Source: an uncultured virus (IMG/VR IMGVR_UViG_3300032117_000007) (taxonomy: Duplodnaviria > Heunggongvirae > Uroviricota > Caudoviricetes). Taken from it: DNA of 64,000 nt. The notes beneath the pieces were generated by a model. It saw nothing but the letters and a program-made list of their open reading frames with translations, had not been told where the DNA came from and did no database searches. The position numbers were made by a program, and so were the translations under genes. Shown one piece after another: positions 1 to 9,845 of the stretch. The stretch's first letter is position 1. Every line of letters starts with the position of its first letter. The DNA is taken from IMG/VR virus record IMGVR_UViG_3300032117_000007, one strand, 5' to 3'.

Positions 1-8
1 ATCAATCG

Positions 9-425
9 GTGGCTGCAGCCATTTATCGCGATCTTCCTGATATACATTATCAAGGTCGGGATTGGTCACTGTGGAGTAAAATGACTGAAACTGAGAAAAA
101 GGAATCTATGAAAAACGATAGATTGGCTCCCAGAATAGACAAAACCAGACGCCCATATGAAAAAGACATTGAAGTGATCATGTTTCCCCAGGTGTGGGGA
201 AACACTTCTTTGGGATATGGAGGCATGGGTGGTGCTGCAATGACACCAGCATACACAGTGATAGTTCAAACTCATACTCATGCTTGTGTGTATTTTGGAT
301 CAAGCGGAACATTGGCTTACATGATAAATTTCACCACACAAAGTGCTGAAGGTCGTGAAAAATTCCGACAGGATATGCAATGCCACATTATGAAAGACAA
401 GAAAAATGCAGGTGTATATCTATGA
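9..425 (+). CDS. Conserved phage hypothetical protein; may start upstream of the window
   Basis: 138-aa ORF with motif FPQxWGxTxLGYGGxGGAAMTxAYTV; stop overlaps the next start (ATGAATAA region). Confidence 0.6.
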   Translation: MAAAIYRDLPDIHYQGRDWSLWSKMTETEKKESMKNDRLAPRIDKTRRPYEKDIEVIMFPQVWGNTSLGYGGMGGAAMTPAYTVIVQTHTHACVYFGSSGTLAYMINFTTQSAEGREKFRQDMQCHIMKDKKNAGVYL

Positions 426-691
426 ATAAATTTATTAAAGAATTAGCCAAAGAAGCAGGATTTGATGAATATGATGGGTCCCTTATCAAGGAAGGGCGTG
501 ACTGTGAAGTTTATGTCGATAATGAATTAGAAAAGTTTGCCGAATTAATCATTGAAATGTGTATGGAAATAGTTATAAATTCTGATCCAAGTCCCAAAAT
601 GGTTGTTCATGAACCATACAGAACTATTGTTGAAAATATAAAAGATTACTTCTGGTATGAAGAAGATATCTTTGAAGATAAAGAGGAATAA
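422..691 (+). CDS. Phage hypothetical protein (MNKFIKELAKEAG...LEKFAELII type)
   Basis: ATG at 422 overlaps the upstream stop and follows AGGT; the ORF-track start at 380 looks over-extended. Confidence 0.6.
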   Translation: MNKFIKELAKEAGFDEYDGSLIKEGRDCEVYVDNELEKFAELIIEMCMEIVINSDPSPKMVVHEPYRTIVENIKDYFWYEEDIFEDKEE

Positions 692-694
692 GTA

Positions 695-877
695 ATGGAT
701 GAATATTGGAACACTGTTAATATATTAGGGAATACTATAGGAAGATTGACAATTTCAATGCTCTGCTACGAGGTTGATGAATGTGAACCTCAAAGAATTA
801 GAACAGAGAAAGATATTGAATCAATAAAGCAACAAATGAGAACTTTTATTAAAATGCATAGAGGCAAACAAGTATGA
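695..877 (+). CDS. Hypothetical protein
   Basis: 60-aa ORF after GAGGA, with ATGA overlap into thyX. Confidence 0.45.
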   Translation: MDEYWNTVNILGNTIGRLTISMLCYEVDECEPQRIRTEKDIESIKQQMRTFIKMHRGKQV

Positions 878-1518
878 ATACAGCTAAAATTGTTGCAATT
901 ACACAACCTGTGATTGACTCTGTTAATCTAACTCCAGAAGAATTTATTGCTTATTGTGCAAGAGTTTCAAATCCATCAAATCAAATGAATTCTGAAACAT
1001 CTGATAAGTTATTAAAGTATCTTATTAAAAACAAACATTGGTCCCCGTTCGAAATGTTGTCTGTCACAATGGAAATTAATACCACTCGTGATATTGCTCG
1101 ACAAATTCTTCGGCATCGCTCATTCTCTTTTCAAGAATTCTCTCAACGTTATGCCGATCCAACTAAGGATCTTGGTTTTATTACTAAAGAAGCACGCCTT
1201 CAAGATACAAAGAATAGACAAAATTCTATTGAAACGGATGATGAATTACTCAACAAGAATTGGGAGGCCATGCAAAATGTTGTGAAGAATGCAACACTTG
1301 ATGCATATAAGTGGGCCATTGAACATGGTATTGCTAAGGAACAAGCTCGAGCAGTTCTTCCTGAAGGCCTCGTTCTTTCCAAGTTGTATATGGCAGGAAC
1401 TCTTCGATCGTGGATCCACTATTGTGATCTACGTAGATCAAACGGCACTCAAAAAGAACACAAGGAAGTAGCGGAATCTGCATATAAAGAGTTGACAAAC
1501 TACTTTAAGTTTATATAA
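874..1518 (+). CDS. thyX: Flavin-dependent thymidylate synthase
   Basis: Motifs HWSPFE, RHRSFSFQEFSQRY and EQARAVLP. Confidence 0.95.
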   Translation: MNTAKIVAITQPVIDSVNLTPEEFIAYCARVSNPSNQMNSETSDKLLKYLIKNKHWSPFEMLSVTMEINTTRDIARQILRHRSFSFQEFSQRYADPTKDLGFITKEARLQDTKNRQNSIETDDELLNKNWEAMQNVVKNATLDAYKWAIEHGIAKEQARAVLPEGLVLSKLYMAGTLRSWIHYCDLRRSNGTQKEHKEVAESAYKELTNYFKFI

Positions 1519-1524
1519 TGGGTC

Positions 1525-1532
1525 TATAAATA
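1525..1532 (+). promoter_or_regulatory. T4-type late promoter TATAAATA
   Basis: Exact consensus in the intergenic region upstream of nrdA. Confidence 0.5.
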
Positions 1533-1648
1533 ATTTACTCTATGTTAATTGCGGTGATTGGGTAGAATCTTGCACGGCCATAGTTGAGGATTATGAAAGT
1601 AATTTTAAGGTGTTTGATTACACACCTTAGTTTTAATAGGATATATTA

Positions 1649-3940
1649 ATGACAATTTATGTTCAGAAAAGAAGCGGAGATCGGGAACTTCTTGATCTAA
1701 ATAAATTCCATAAAATGGTAGAGCACGGGTGCCACAATGTTACCGGTGTATCAGTTTCAGAAATTGAATTAAAAACTCAAATTCAATTTTATGACGGAAT
1801 CAAATCTACTGATATTCAGGAAACTCTTATCAAAGCTGCTTCTGAACTTATTTCTGAAGAAACACCGAATTATCAATATGTAGCTTCAAGATTTATCAAT
1901 TATCAACTACGGAAGGAGGTTTATAATAATCATGAACCTCTTAATCTATATTCACACGTAAAGAATGTTGTGAAGGCAGGATATTATGATTCTGAAATTT
2001 TAGGTCATTATACAGAGGAAGAATTTTATCAAATTGATTCTTTTATAGATCATAGGAGAGATTTCAATATTTCCTATGCAGGAATGGAGCAACTTCGCGG
2101 CAAATATCTTATCAAGGATAGAGTTACCAAGAAATATTATGAAACGCCACAAATGGCTTTTATTCTCATTCCTATGGTTCTTTTCAGAAACTATCCAAAG
2201 AATACTAGACTACAGTGGGTTCGAGATTTTTATGATTCACTCTCGAACTTTGAAATTTCACTTCCAACACCAATCATGGCTGGACTTCGTTCACCCGTCA
2301 AGCAATTTAGTTCCTGTGTTCTCATTGAAACAGATGATTCATTAAATTCAATCAATGCCACAACATCTTCGATTGTAAATTATGTTTCACAAAAAGCAGG
2401 AATTGGTATTGGTGCAGGTCGAATTCGCGCTATCAATTCAAAGATTAGAAATGGTGATACATCACATACTGGTGTAATTCCTTTTTATAAACTATTTCAG
2501 TCTGCCGTAAAGTCTTGTTCTCAGGGTGGTGTCCGTGGTGGTGCCGCAACTCTATACTATCCTTTTTGGCATCTTGAAATTGAAGATATGCTTGTTTTAA
2601 AGAACAACAAGGGTGTCGAGGAAAATCGGATCAGACATTTAGACTATGGAGTTCAATTCAATAAAGTAATGTATGAACGTCTATTGACCAATTCAAATAT
2701 TACTTTATTTTCACCACATGATGTTCCAGAACTCTATGAAGCATTTTTTATTGATGTCGATAAGTTTAGAACTCTCTATGAGGAAGCAGAAAACAATCCG
2801 GATATTAGAAAGAAATCTGTTCCTGCTCTAGAACTTTTCACCAAGTTTATGAATGAAAGAAAAGATACAGGTCGTATCTATCTAATGAATGTCGACCATG
2901 CAAATGATCATGGTTCCTTTATTAAAGAATTAGCTCCTATTCGTATGAGCAATTTGTGCTGCGAAATCACACTTACTACCCAACCACTTGAGTCTTTGGA
3001 TGATCCCAATGGTGAAATTTCTCTCTGCACTCTTGCAGCAATCAACTGGGGAAAGATTAAGAATCCAAATGATTTTAAAAAGCCATGTGACTTAGTAGTT
3101 CGAGCACTTGATGAATTGTTAAGTTATCAAAACTATCCTGTATTGGCGGCGCGGAAAGGCACTATGAATAGAAGGCCTTTGGGTGTAGGTATTATCAATC
3201 TTGCTTATTGGTTAGCTAAAAATGATTTATCATATGATAATATTAGTAATGAAGGTCTTCAGAAACTTCATCAATATGCTGAAGCATGGTCATATTATCT
3301 AATCAAAGCAAGTGCCGATCTTGCCGTTGAAAAGGGTGCTTGCCCTCTTTCATCTGAAACCAAGTATTCAAAAGGTATTCTTCCCATTGATACCTACAAG
3401 AAAGATGTTGACAGTTTGGTTGAACCTGTATATAATTATGATTGGGAACAATTAAGGAATCAACTTTGTTCTACAGGTATTCGTAATTCTACTCTCATGG
3501 CTCTGATGCCAGCAGAAACATCTGCTCAGGTATCAAATTCAACAAATGGTATTGAACCAGTACGATCACTTATTACTATTAAACAATCTAAGGATGGTGT
3601 TCTGAAACAGGTAGTGCCGGAAATTAGAAAATTAAAGAATAAATATGATCTCTTATGGGATCAAAAGTCACCTGAAGGATATCTCAAAATTTGTGCAGTT
3701 CTTCAGAAATTTATTGACCAAGCAATTTCCGTGAATACTAGCTATAATCCAAAGCATTATGCTGAAGAAAAAATTTCAATGACTGATATGCTTAAGCATA
3801 TGATCATGCATTATAAGTTTGGTGGTAAGACCTTGTATTATTTCAATACATATGATGGTGCTGGTGAACTAGATGTAAATCTTCCAGAACTTGAAGCTTC
3901 GATTGAAGATGATTATGAATGTGATTCATGCACTATTTAA
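1649..3940 (+). CDS. nrdA: Class Ia ribonucleotide reductase alpha subunit
   Basis: N-terminal ATP cone (VQKRSG), QFSSC, SNLCCEI, KTLYY and C-terminal CDSC. Confidence 0.97.
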   Translation: MTIYVQKRSGDRELLDLNKFHKMVEHGCHNVTGVSVSEIELKTQIQFYDGIKSTDIQETLIKAASELISEETPNYQYVASRFINYQLRKEVYNNHEPLNLYSHVKNVVKAGYYDSEILGHYTEEEFYQIDSFIDHRRDFNISYAGMEQLRGKYLIKDRVTKKYYETPQMAFILIPMVLFRNYPKNTRLQWVRDFYDSLSNFEISLPTPIMAGLRSPVKQFSSCVLIETDDSLNSINATTSSIVNYVSQKAGIGIGAGRIRAINSKIRNGDTSHTGVIPFYKLFQSAVKSCSQGGVRGGAATLYYPFWHLEIEDMLVLKNNKGVEENRIRHLDYGVQFNKVMYERLLTNSNITLFSPHDVPELYEAFFIDVDKFRTLYEEAENNPDIRKKSVPALELFTKFMNERKDTGRIYLMNVDHANDHGSFIKELAPIRMSNLCCEITLTTQPLESLDDPNGEISLCTLAAINWGKIKNPNDFKKPCDLVVRALDELLSYQNYPVLAARKGTMNRRPLGVGIINLAYWLAKNDLSYDNISNEGLQKLHQYAEAWSYYLIKASADLAVEKGACPLSSETKYSKGILPIDTYKKDVDSLVEPVYNYDWEQLRNQLCSTGIRNSTLMALMPAETSAQVSNSTNGIEPVRSLITIKQSKDGVLKQVVPEIRKLKNKYDLLWDQKSPEGYLKICAVLQKFIDQAISVNTSYNPKHYAEEKISMTDMLKHMIMHYKFGGKTLYYFNTYDGAGELDVNLPELEASIEDDYECDSCTI

Positions 3941-3951
3941 AGGAATTTTAA

Positions 3952-5043
3952 ATGTCTGTATTCAATACAATCAACAATCAAAATCATTTAAAAGCAAAAT
4001 GTTTCCTTGATGATTCTGTAACGATTGCACGGTATGACCGTCAGAAATATTCTATTTTTGACAAGCTTACCGAACAGCAACTTGGTTTTTTCTGGAGACC
4101 AAATGAAATTGATGTTACTAGGGATTCGATTGACTTCAAATCTCTTTCATCACATGAAAAGCATATTTTTACATCAAATCTAAAACGCCAGATTCTTCTC
4201 GATTCAGTTCAAGGTAGAGCACCTACTACGGCATTTAGCCCGATTTGTTCTCTACCAGAACTTGAAACATGGATTCAAACATGGGCATTTTCCGAGACTA
4301 TTCATTCTCGTTCTTATACTCATATCATTCGGAATATCTATCCAGATCCATCTAGGATTTTTGATGAAATTACTGACATTCAAGAAATCCTTGATTGTGC
4401 AGTAGATATTAGCAAATACTACGATGATTTGATTTATAAAAATAATGAACTTACATTGTTTGCACCAAAAGATGATTTATATGCTCATAAGAAAGCACTG
4501 TGGCTTGCCTTGATGTCTGTGAATATCCTTGAAGGCATTAGATTTTATGTTTCGTTTGCTTGTTCATGGGCATTTGCAGAATTAAAGAAGATGGAAGGTA
4601 ATGCCAAGATCATCAAGCTTATTTGTCGAGATGAAAACCTTCACCTTGCTTCAACGCAACATCTTCTAAAAATTCTACCAGTGGATGATCCTGACTTTGC
4701 TCAAATTAAAGAAAATACATATCAGGAATGTATTGACATGTTTATTTCAGCAGCAAATCAGGAAAAGAAATGGGCAGAATATCTTTTTAAAGATGGATCA
4801 ATGATTGGTCTAAACTATAAGCTTCTTTCTGATTATGTAGAATGGATTACCAATAGAAGATTGTCTGCTGTTGATTTGACACCACAATTTAAAACAGGAA
4901 CCAATCCTCTCCCATGGACGCAAAAGTGGATTTCTGGTGGGAATGTGCAGGTAGCACCACAGGAAGTAGAACTTTCCTCTTATACTATTGGTGCAGTTAA
5001 GATGGATGTAACATCAGAGTCATTGAGTTCTCTTTCACTCTAG
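3952..5043 (+). CDS. nrdB: Class Ia ribonucleotide reductase beta subunit
   Basis: FFWRP, LLDSVQ, ETIHSRSY, EGIRFY, RDENLH and QVAPQE motifs. Confidence 0.97.
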   Translation: MSVFNTINNQNHLKAKCFLDDSVTIARYDRQKYSIFDKLTEQQLGFFWRPNEIDVTRDSIDFKSLSSHEKHIFTSNLKRQILLDSVQGRAPTTAFSPICSLPELETWIQTWAFSETIHSRSYTHIIRNIYPDPSRIFDEITDIQEILDCAVDISKYYDDLIYKNNELTLFAPKDDLYAHKKALWLALMSVNILEGIRFYVSFACSWAFAELKKMEGNAKIIKLICRDENLHLASTQHLLKILPVDDPDFAQIKENTYQECIDMFISAANQEKKWAEYLFKDGSMIGLNYKLLSDYVEWITNRRLSAVDLTPQFKTGTNPLPWTQKWISGGNVQVAPQEVELSSYTIGAVKMDVTSESLSSLSL

Positions 5044-5080
5044 AGTAATAAATAAAAGGTAATATTATGGATTACCTTTT

Positions 5081-5557
5081 ATGTGGCTTTATGAGAATAA
5101 AGAAGTTGACAAAACCCAACTTATGGTGTATATTGGTTATGTGTATAAGATAACCAATCTTACCAATGGGAAAATGTATATTGGTAAAAAACTTCTGAAG
5201 TTCAAACGAACAAAGATGGTGAAAGGAAAAAAGAAAAAATATGTTGTAGATTCTGATTGGGAAACCTATTATGGATCCAATCTTGAATTACAACAGGATG
5301 TTCAAGCTCTCGGCACAAACAAATTTAAACGAGAGATACTTGCTCTTTGCAAAACTAAAGGTGAATGTAGTTATATTGAAGCTCTTTACCAGTTTCAAGA
5401 AAGAGTCCTTGAACGTGATGATTACTATAATGCATGGATATCTTGTCGGATTCGACGTTCACATTTGAAGAAAGGAAAAGAACATGGCAGCTCCAAAGAA
5501 GAAAGGCCGACGGAAGATCGGCTCGTCAAAGCGGAGAGCTCGGGCTCTCAATCGTAA
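5081..5557 (+). CDS. GIY-YIG (Seg-like) endonuclease family protein
   Basis: GYVYKITNLTNGKMYIGKK...WETYYGS...YYN pattern. Confidence 0.8.
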   Translation: MWLYENKEVDKTQLMVYIGYVYKITNLTNGKMYIGKKLLKFKRTKMVKGKKKKYVVDSDWETYYGSNLELQQDVQALGTNKFKREILALCKTKGECSYIEALYQFQERVLERDDYYNAWISCRIRRSHLKKGKEHGSSKEERPTEDRLVKAESSGSQS

Positions 5558-5564
5558 GCGGTAA
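5484..5564 (+). CDS. Small Lys/Arg-rich peptide MAAPKKKGRRKIGSSKRRARALNRKR (26 aa), not in the ORF track
   Basis: AAAGGAAA RBS upstream of the ATG; overlaps the 3' end of the GIY-YIG gene in another frame. Confidence 0.5.
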   Translation: MAAPKKKGRRKIGSSKRRARALNRKR

Positions 5565-5663
5565 TAAATAAAAAGATTCTATTATTTAATGACATAGCGA
5601 ACCCGCTTTAACAACGGGCACACTGAGGTCCTACTCCTCGAATGTCCATTAAGGAGATACAAC

Positions 5664-6041
5664 TTGAGAAAGCATCTTAAGATGTTTCTCTGTTTGTGTG
5701 TAATATTTTTGATGATCATAACGACTGCACATTCTGGAGAAACACGAAAAGATTCCTTTCATAAGGAATATACTACTAATGCTTCTTGGTATAAAGAAGG
5801 AAAGAAAACAGCTAACGGAGAACGATTTAATCCATACGGTTTGACAGTTGCACATAGGTCATTACCATTTGGAACTCTTTTAAGGCTTACAAACAACGAA
5901 ACAGGAAGATCAATTATAGTTCGTGTGAATGATCGTGGGCCTTTTATTAAGAACAGAACTCTTGATGTAACTTTGGGTTGTGCTCGTATGCTTGGTATGA
6001 ATATTGTGGGAGTAACAAAATTGCAAGTACAAATTTTGTAG
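5664..6041 (+). CDS. rlpA: RlpA-family (double-psi beta-barrel) lytic transglycosylase
   Basis: ASWY...TANGERF...AHRSLPFGT...VRVNDRGPF...LD; N-terminal hydrophobic segment; AAGGAG RBS with TTG start. Confidence 0.9.
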   Translation: MRKHLKMFLCLCVIFLMIITTAHSGETRKDSFHKEYTTNASWYKEGKKTANGERFNPYGLTVAHRSLPFGTLLRLTNNETGRSIIVRVNDRGPFIKNRTLDVTLGCARMLGMNIVGVTKLQVQIL

Positions 6042-6069
6042 AATAAATAAATAAAAAACGAAGGTATCA

Positions 6070-6792
6070 ATGCAATCTTTTAAGAACTTTCTAACTGAGA
6101 CAAAAGTAAGTCTTGAATATCATACAACCTTAAATCCTGTTTTGTGGATTGATGATAAATTAAAACCAGAAGTTAGAAAAGTTCTTTTAAGATTTGCAGA
6201 TACTTGGGCAAAGTTTGCCAATATCAAGTCAGAATTGATTAAAGATGTAATTATGACTGGTGGCAATGCAAACTATAATTATACAAGCAAATCAGATATT
6301 GATGTTCACATTGTCCTTGTTAGAAATGAATTAGGTTCCAATAGAGAACAAGTTGATGACATTCTACAAGACAAGAAAATGCTATGGACTCTTTCACATA
6401 ACGTAAGAGTTTTAGGATATCCTTTAGAGCCATATGCTCAAGATATTTCAGAAAAATATCCTGCTGGTCAAGGTGTTTATTCACTTAAAGATGATGTATG
6501 GATCCAAAAGCCTGAACATGGGAATTACAATTTTTCTGCTGATCCTATGTTGAAACGAAAAGTGATGTATTACGTTCATCTTATCAATACTATGATTAAA
6601 AATAAGATGGATATAAATACTTTTGATATTCTCAAGAAGAAATTGAGAGACATGAGATCAGCCGGTATTGAAAAATCAGGTGAATTCTCACGGGAAAATC
6701 TTATTTTCAAAGAACTTAGAAATAGGGGTATTCTTGATAAGATGAATGCTTATCAGAAATCAATGAAAGATAAGAGTCTATCATTAACTTAA
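6070..6792 (+). CDS. Pol-beta superfamily nucleotidyltransferase, possibly a head-packaged protein
   Basis: hTGGNANYNYTxxSDIDVH motif; N-terminal MQSFKNFLTE. Confidence 0.7.
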   Translation: MQSFKNFLTETKVSLEYHTTLNPVLWIDDKLKPEVRKVLLRFADTWAKFANIKSELIKDVIMTGGNANYNYTSKSDIDVHIVLVRNELGSNREQVDDILQDKKMLWTLSHNVRVLGYPLEPYAQDISEKYPAGQGVYSLKDDVWIQKPEHGNYNFSADPMLKRKVMYYVHLINTMIKNKMDINTFDILKKKLRDMRSAGIEKSGEFSRENLIFKELRNRGILDKMNAYQKSMKDKSLSLT

Positions 6793-6824
6793 TTGTTGAC
6801 AAACTAAAACTATGGAGATATAAT

Positions 6825-7046
6825 ATGGCTAGACCAGTAGTAAATTTATACTTGATTGAAGGTGAGGTTAGACTACAGCCACTACAGGCAGGTGCAAGTT
6901 CAGTTCAGTCAAAGCAGACACGACTTGTTTGGGCAAAGAATTTAAAGGAAGCGGTAGATAAGTATGAAGCTTATTTTGCTTCAATGAATAATGCTTCAGA
7001 GGCATATATTGTTCTCAACACCTCAACCACTGAAGCATTGAAGTAA
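6825..7046 (+). CDS. Hypothetical protein
   Basis: 73-aa ORF with GGAGA RBS. Confidence 0.55.
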   Translation: MARPVVNLYLIEGEVRLQPLQAGASSVQSKQTRLVWAKNLKEAVDKYEAYFASMNNASEAYIVLNTSTTEALK

Positions 7047-7063
7047 TATTAGGAGTTTATATT

Positions 7064-7333
7064 ATGCAAGTTGAGATTTACACGAAGCCATCATGTAGCT
7101 ATTGCTTTAAGGCCAAGGAACTTATGGCCAACAAGAATATAGTTTATACTGAATATAAGCTGAATGAAGATTTTACTCGAGAAGTATTACTAGAAAAGTA
7201 TCCTACAATCAAAACATATCCTGTAATTGTTATTGATGGTATGATGATTGGTGGATATGAACAGTTCAAGACAATGGTTCTTCTTGAAGAACAACGAACC
7301 GGTACTATGAAATTTTTGGCGGAGAATACTTGA
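7064..7333 (+). CDS. Glutaredoxin (NrdC-like)
   Basis: CSYC active site, TYPVI, IGGY. Confidence 0.92.
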   Translation: MQVEIYTKPSCSYCFKAKELMANKNIVYTEYKLNEDFTREVLLEKYPTIKTYPVIVIDGMMIGGYEQFKTMVLLEEQRTGTMKFLAENT

Positions 7334-7334
7334 T

Positions 7335-7604
7335 ATGATGTATGAACGTGATTCTATTTTAAATGATCTTCGTACGAAGGTTATTGAAGTTGTTTTTACC
7401 AAGATGAATGGTGAGGAACGAACTCTTCGTTGCACACTAAAGCCCGAAAGACTTCCTGCTAAGTATCTAGAGGAAGCCGAAGGTGAAAAGACTTTTCATC
7501 GGGAAAATAAAGAAGTCATCCGCGCATGGGATGTTCAAAATAATGGTTGGCGCTCATTCCGTATTGATACGGTAAGTTACGTAGCCGAAGTTCAAGCACA
7601 CTAA
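7335..7604 (+). CDS. Conserved T4-like SH3/WYL_2-type protein
   Basis: VVFTKxNGEERTLRCTL...WDVxxxGWRSFR. Confidence 0.75.
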   Translation: MMYERDSILNDLRTKVIEVVFTKMNGEERTLRCTLKPERLPAKYLEEAEGEKTFHRENKEVIRAWDVQNNGWRSFRIDTVSYVAEVQAH

Positions 7605-7614
7605 AGGATATAAA

Positions 7615-8028
7615 ATGTTATATGTGACTGATAAGGTAACCCCATGGGGTTGGCACTGTATTATGGATGCTGCAGGCTGTAATCACAATTCAATTACAGA
7701 TTATGATAATATCTATAATTTTGCAAAGGAACTGGTCAAGGAAATTGACATGGTTCCATATGGTGAACCACAGATTGTAAAGTTTGGATCAGGAGATAAG
7801 TCTGGATATACTCTAGTTCAACTTATCGAAACTTCAAACATTTGCGCTCATTTTGTGGATGAAAATGATGAAGTCTATCTAGATGTATTCTCATGCAAGC
7901 CATATGATGTAAGAATTGTTGAAAATATGATGGTCAAGTATTTTAATGCTAAGACAATTCGGACTGGTTTTATTGAACGAAAAGCAATATTGCAAACACC
8001 ACCAGCTCATGAAAGTGGAGCTGAATGA
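7615..8028 (+). CDS. speD: Pyruvoyl-dependent S-adenosylmethionine decarboxylase (SpeD-like), copy 1
   Basis: WGWHxxxD, GYTLVQLIETSNICAHF, YLDVFSCKPY. Confidence 0.85.
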   Translation: MLYVTDKVTPWGWHCIMDAAGCNHNSITDYDNIYNFAKELVKEIDMVPYGEPQIVKFGSGDKSGYTLVQLIETSNICAHFVDENDEVYLDVFSCKPYDVRIVENMMVKYFNAKTIRTGFIERKAILQTPPAHESGAE

Positions 8029-8843
8029 TGTTTATTTGGTCTGATTTTGATCATAATTCACTCAATTCACAAAAGATGATTAAGGCTAAACAGGTAAATG
8101 GGCCTGAATATTGGCCAACAATGCGTGAAGTTTTTGAATATGATTGCAAGCATTTACCTCTTTCTCGCTTTAGGCTTTGGGCAAGTGTTCACAATGTTCC
8201 TTTTGTAACTCAATATAGAACAGGCAAATTTTATGCTGCTGCTCTTTCGGAAGCATATAAAAACCCTATTGTAGCAGAAGCGTTAAAAGAAAATTGGATT
8301 GGCATCCCTGTTGAAAAGGCAGAAGTATTTCGTGCTCTGAGTGATTTTGATACATCAATTCAACGAATTCAGGATGTCGGTCATTTGGTCATTACAGACT
8401 TTACACCAGAAAGATTGTCCAGTTATAAAAGCATTATTGAAATTGGTGCTGGATATGGTGACATGTGTTCTGTAGTTCATAAAATGGGGTTTACTGGTAA
8501 ATATACTATTATTGATATTCCAGAAATTAGCCCAATTCAGGATTACTATTTAAAGAAGCAAGGTATCAATGCAAATTTCAGGTTTGAATCTACTGATGTA
8601 GAACCTGCGGATTTGGTTATTGCAACATGGTCTCTTTCGGAAACTCCATTGGAATACCGTGAGAAATTGATGCCTACAATCATCGACTCCAAGAATTGGC
8701 TTGTCATGTATCAAGCTAAGATTTTTGGAAAGGAAGTAAATGATGAATATTTCAGAACTATGTTCAAGGATAGAGATCCTACATTTACAGTCTTTTCAGA
8801 AACACCATGGGATGGAAAGAATACGTATATGGTGATTCAATGA
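8025..8843 (+). CDS. Putative sugar O-methyltransferase
   Basis: IIEIGAGYG SAM-binding motif, YTIIDIPE, IATWSLSE. Confidence 0.7.
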   Translation: MMFIWSDFDHNSLNSQKMIKAKQVNGPEYWPTMREVFEYDCKHLPLSRFRLWASVHNVPFVTQYRTGKFYAAALSEAYKNPIVAEALKENWIGIPVEKAEVFRALSDFDTSIQRIQDVGHLVITDFTPERLSSYKSIIEIGAGYGDMCSVVHKMGFTGKYTIIDIPEISPIQDYYLKKQGINANFRFESTDVEPADLVIATWSLSETPLEYREKLMPTIIDSKNWLVMYQAKIFGKEVNDEYFRTMFKDRDPTFTVFSETPWDGKNTYMVIQ

Positions 8844-9265
8844 TTGTAGGGTTTACATGTTCTGCATTTGATTTATTCCATGCAGGTCATATTGCTATGC
8901 TTAAGGAATGTAAGGAACAATGTGACTATCTTGTTGTAGGCCTCCAAACAGATCCTTCCATTGATAGAAAACACAAGAATAAGCCTATCCAATCAATTTT
9001 AGAACGATATATTCAACTAGAAGCTTGTAAGTATATTGACAAGATTATTCCTTATGATACTGAAAAGGATTTAGAAAATCTGATCGGTATCATAAGGCCT
9101 ACTAAACGATTTGTTGGTGTTGAATATATGAGAATTTCACTTACAGGAACAACAGTCTGTATGCAAGTGGGAACCGAAATTATTTACAATACTAGAAATC
9201 ATTCTTATAGTTCAACAGAATTGAGAAAGAGAATACATGATGCTTCCGTCACCACACACCGATAA
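8840..9265 (+). CDS. TagD/RfaE-like cytidylyl/adenylyltransferase
   Basis: FDLFHAGH (HxGH) motif and YSSTELR; ATGA overlap at 8840. Confidence 0.85.
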   Translation: MIVGFTCSAFDLFHAGHIAMLKECKEQCDYLVVGLQTDPSIDRKHKNKPIQSILERYIQLEACKYIDKIIPYDTEKDLENLIGIIRPTKRFVGVEYMRISLTGTTVCMQVGTEIIYNTRNHSYSSTELRKRIHDASVTTHR

Positions 9266-9845
9266 ATATTTTCAAGAAGTACTTGAAATTGCACAACTCT
9301 GTAATAATAAAGAATTTATTGCTAAGGTAAGTTCTATCAGTAGATTTTTATGGGATGTGCGGGATTCAAAGGGTCGTGTATTTGTTCTTGGTGTAGGTGG
9401 ATCTGCTGGCAATGCATCACACATGGTCAATGATCTTAGAAAACTTTGTGGCATTGAAGCATATTCACCTGTTGATAATGTCTCGGAACTTACTGCTAGA
9501 ACCAATGATGATGGTTTTGAGACCGTATTTTCTGAGTGGCTTAGAACTTCAAAGTTAAATCATACCGATGCCGTTTTATTCTTATCAGTCGGTGGTGGTT
9601 CAAAGGAACGTGGAATTTCTGTAAATCTAATCAATGCTCTTGATCTAGCAAAAGTTAGAGGTGCTTTTACTATTGGCATCGTAGGTAAAGCCGATGGCTA
9701 TATTGCTAAGAATGCCGATATTGCATTGGTTGTTCCTTCTGTAAATCCTGATAGAATTACCCCACACTCTGAAGCATTCCAAAGTATCATCTGGCATTGC
9801 TTTGTTAGCAATCCTTATTTACAAGTGAGAAAGACTACCTGGTAA
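9237..9845 (+). CDS. gmhA: Phosphoheptose isomerase (SIS domain)
   Basis: GVGGSAGNASH, TARTND, SVGGGS, EAFQxxxWH. Confidence 0.85.
   Translation: MMLPSPHTDKYFQEVLEIAQLCNNKEFIAKVSSISRFLWDVRDSKGRVFVLGVGGSAGNASHMVNDLRKLCGIEAYSPVDNVSELTARTNDDGFETVFSEWLRTSKLNHTDAVLFLSVGGGSKERGISVNLINALDLAKVRGAFTIGIVGKADGYIAKNADIALVVPSVNPDRITPHSEAFQSIIWHCFVSNPYLQVRKTTW

Noticed and set aside
1649..5557. Intron or intein in nrdA/nrdB linked to the GIY-YIG gene
   Set aside because: Both subunits are uninterrupted and of normal length; the nuclease gene is free-standing
6796..6824. TTGACA-17-TATAAT as promoter for the 6825 ORF
   Set aside because: The -10 box abuts the ATG, leaving no room for a start site upstream of it; it could only serve downstream genes, so it is left uncalled
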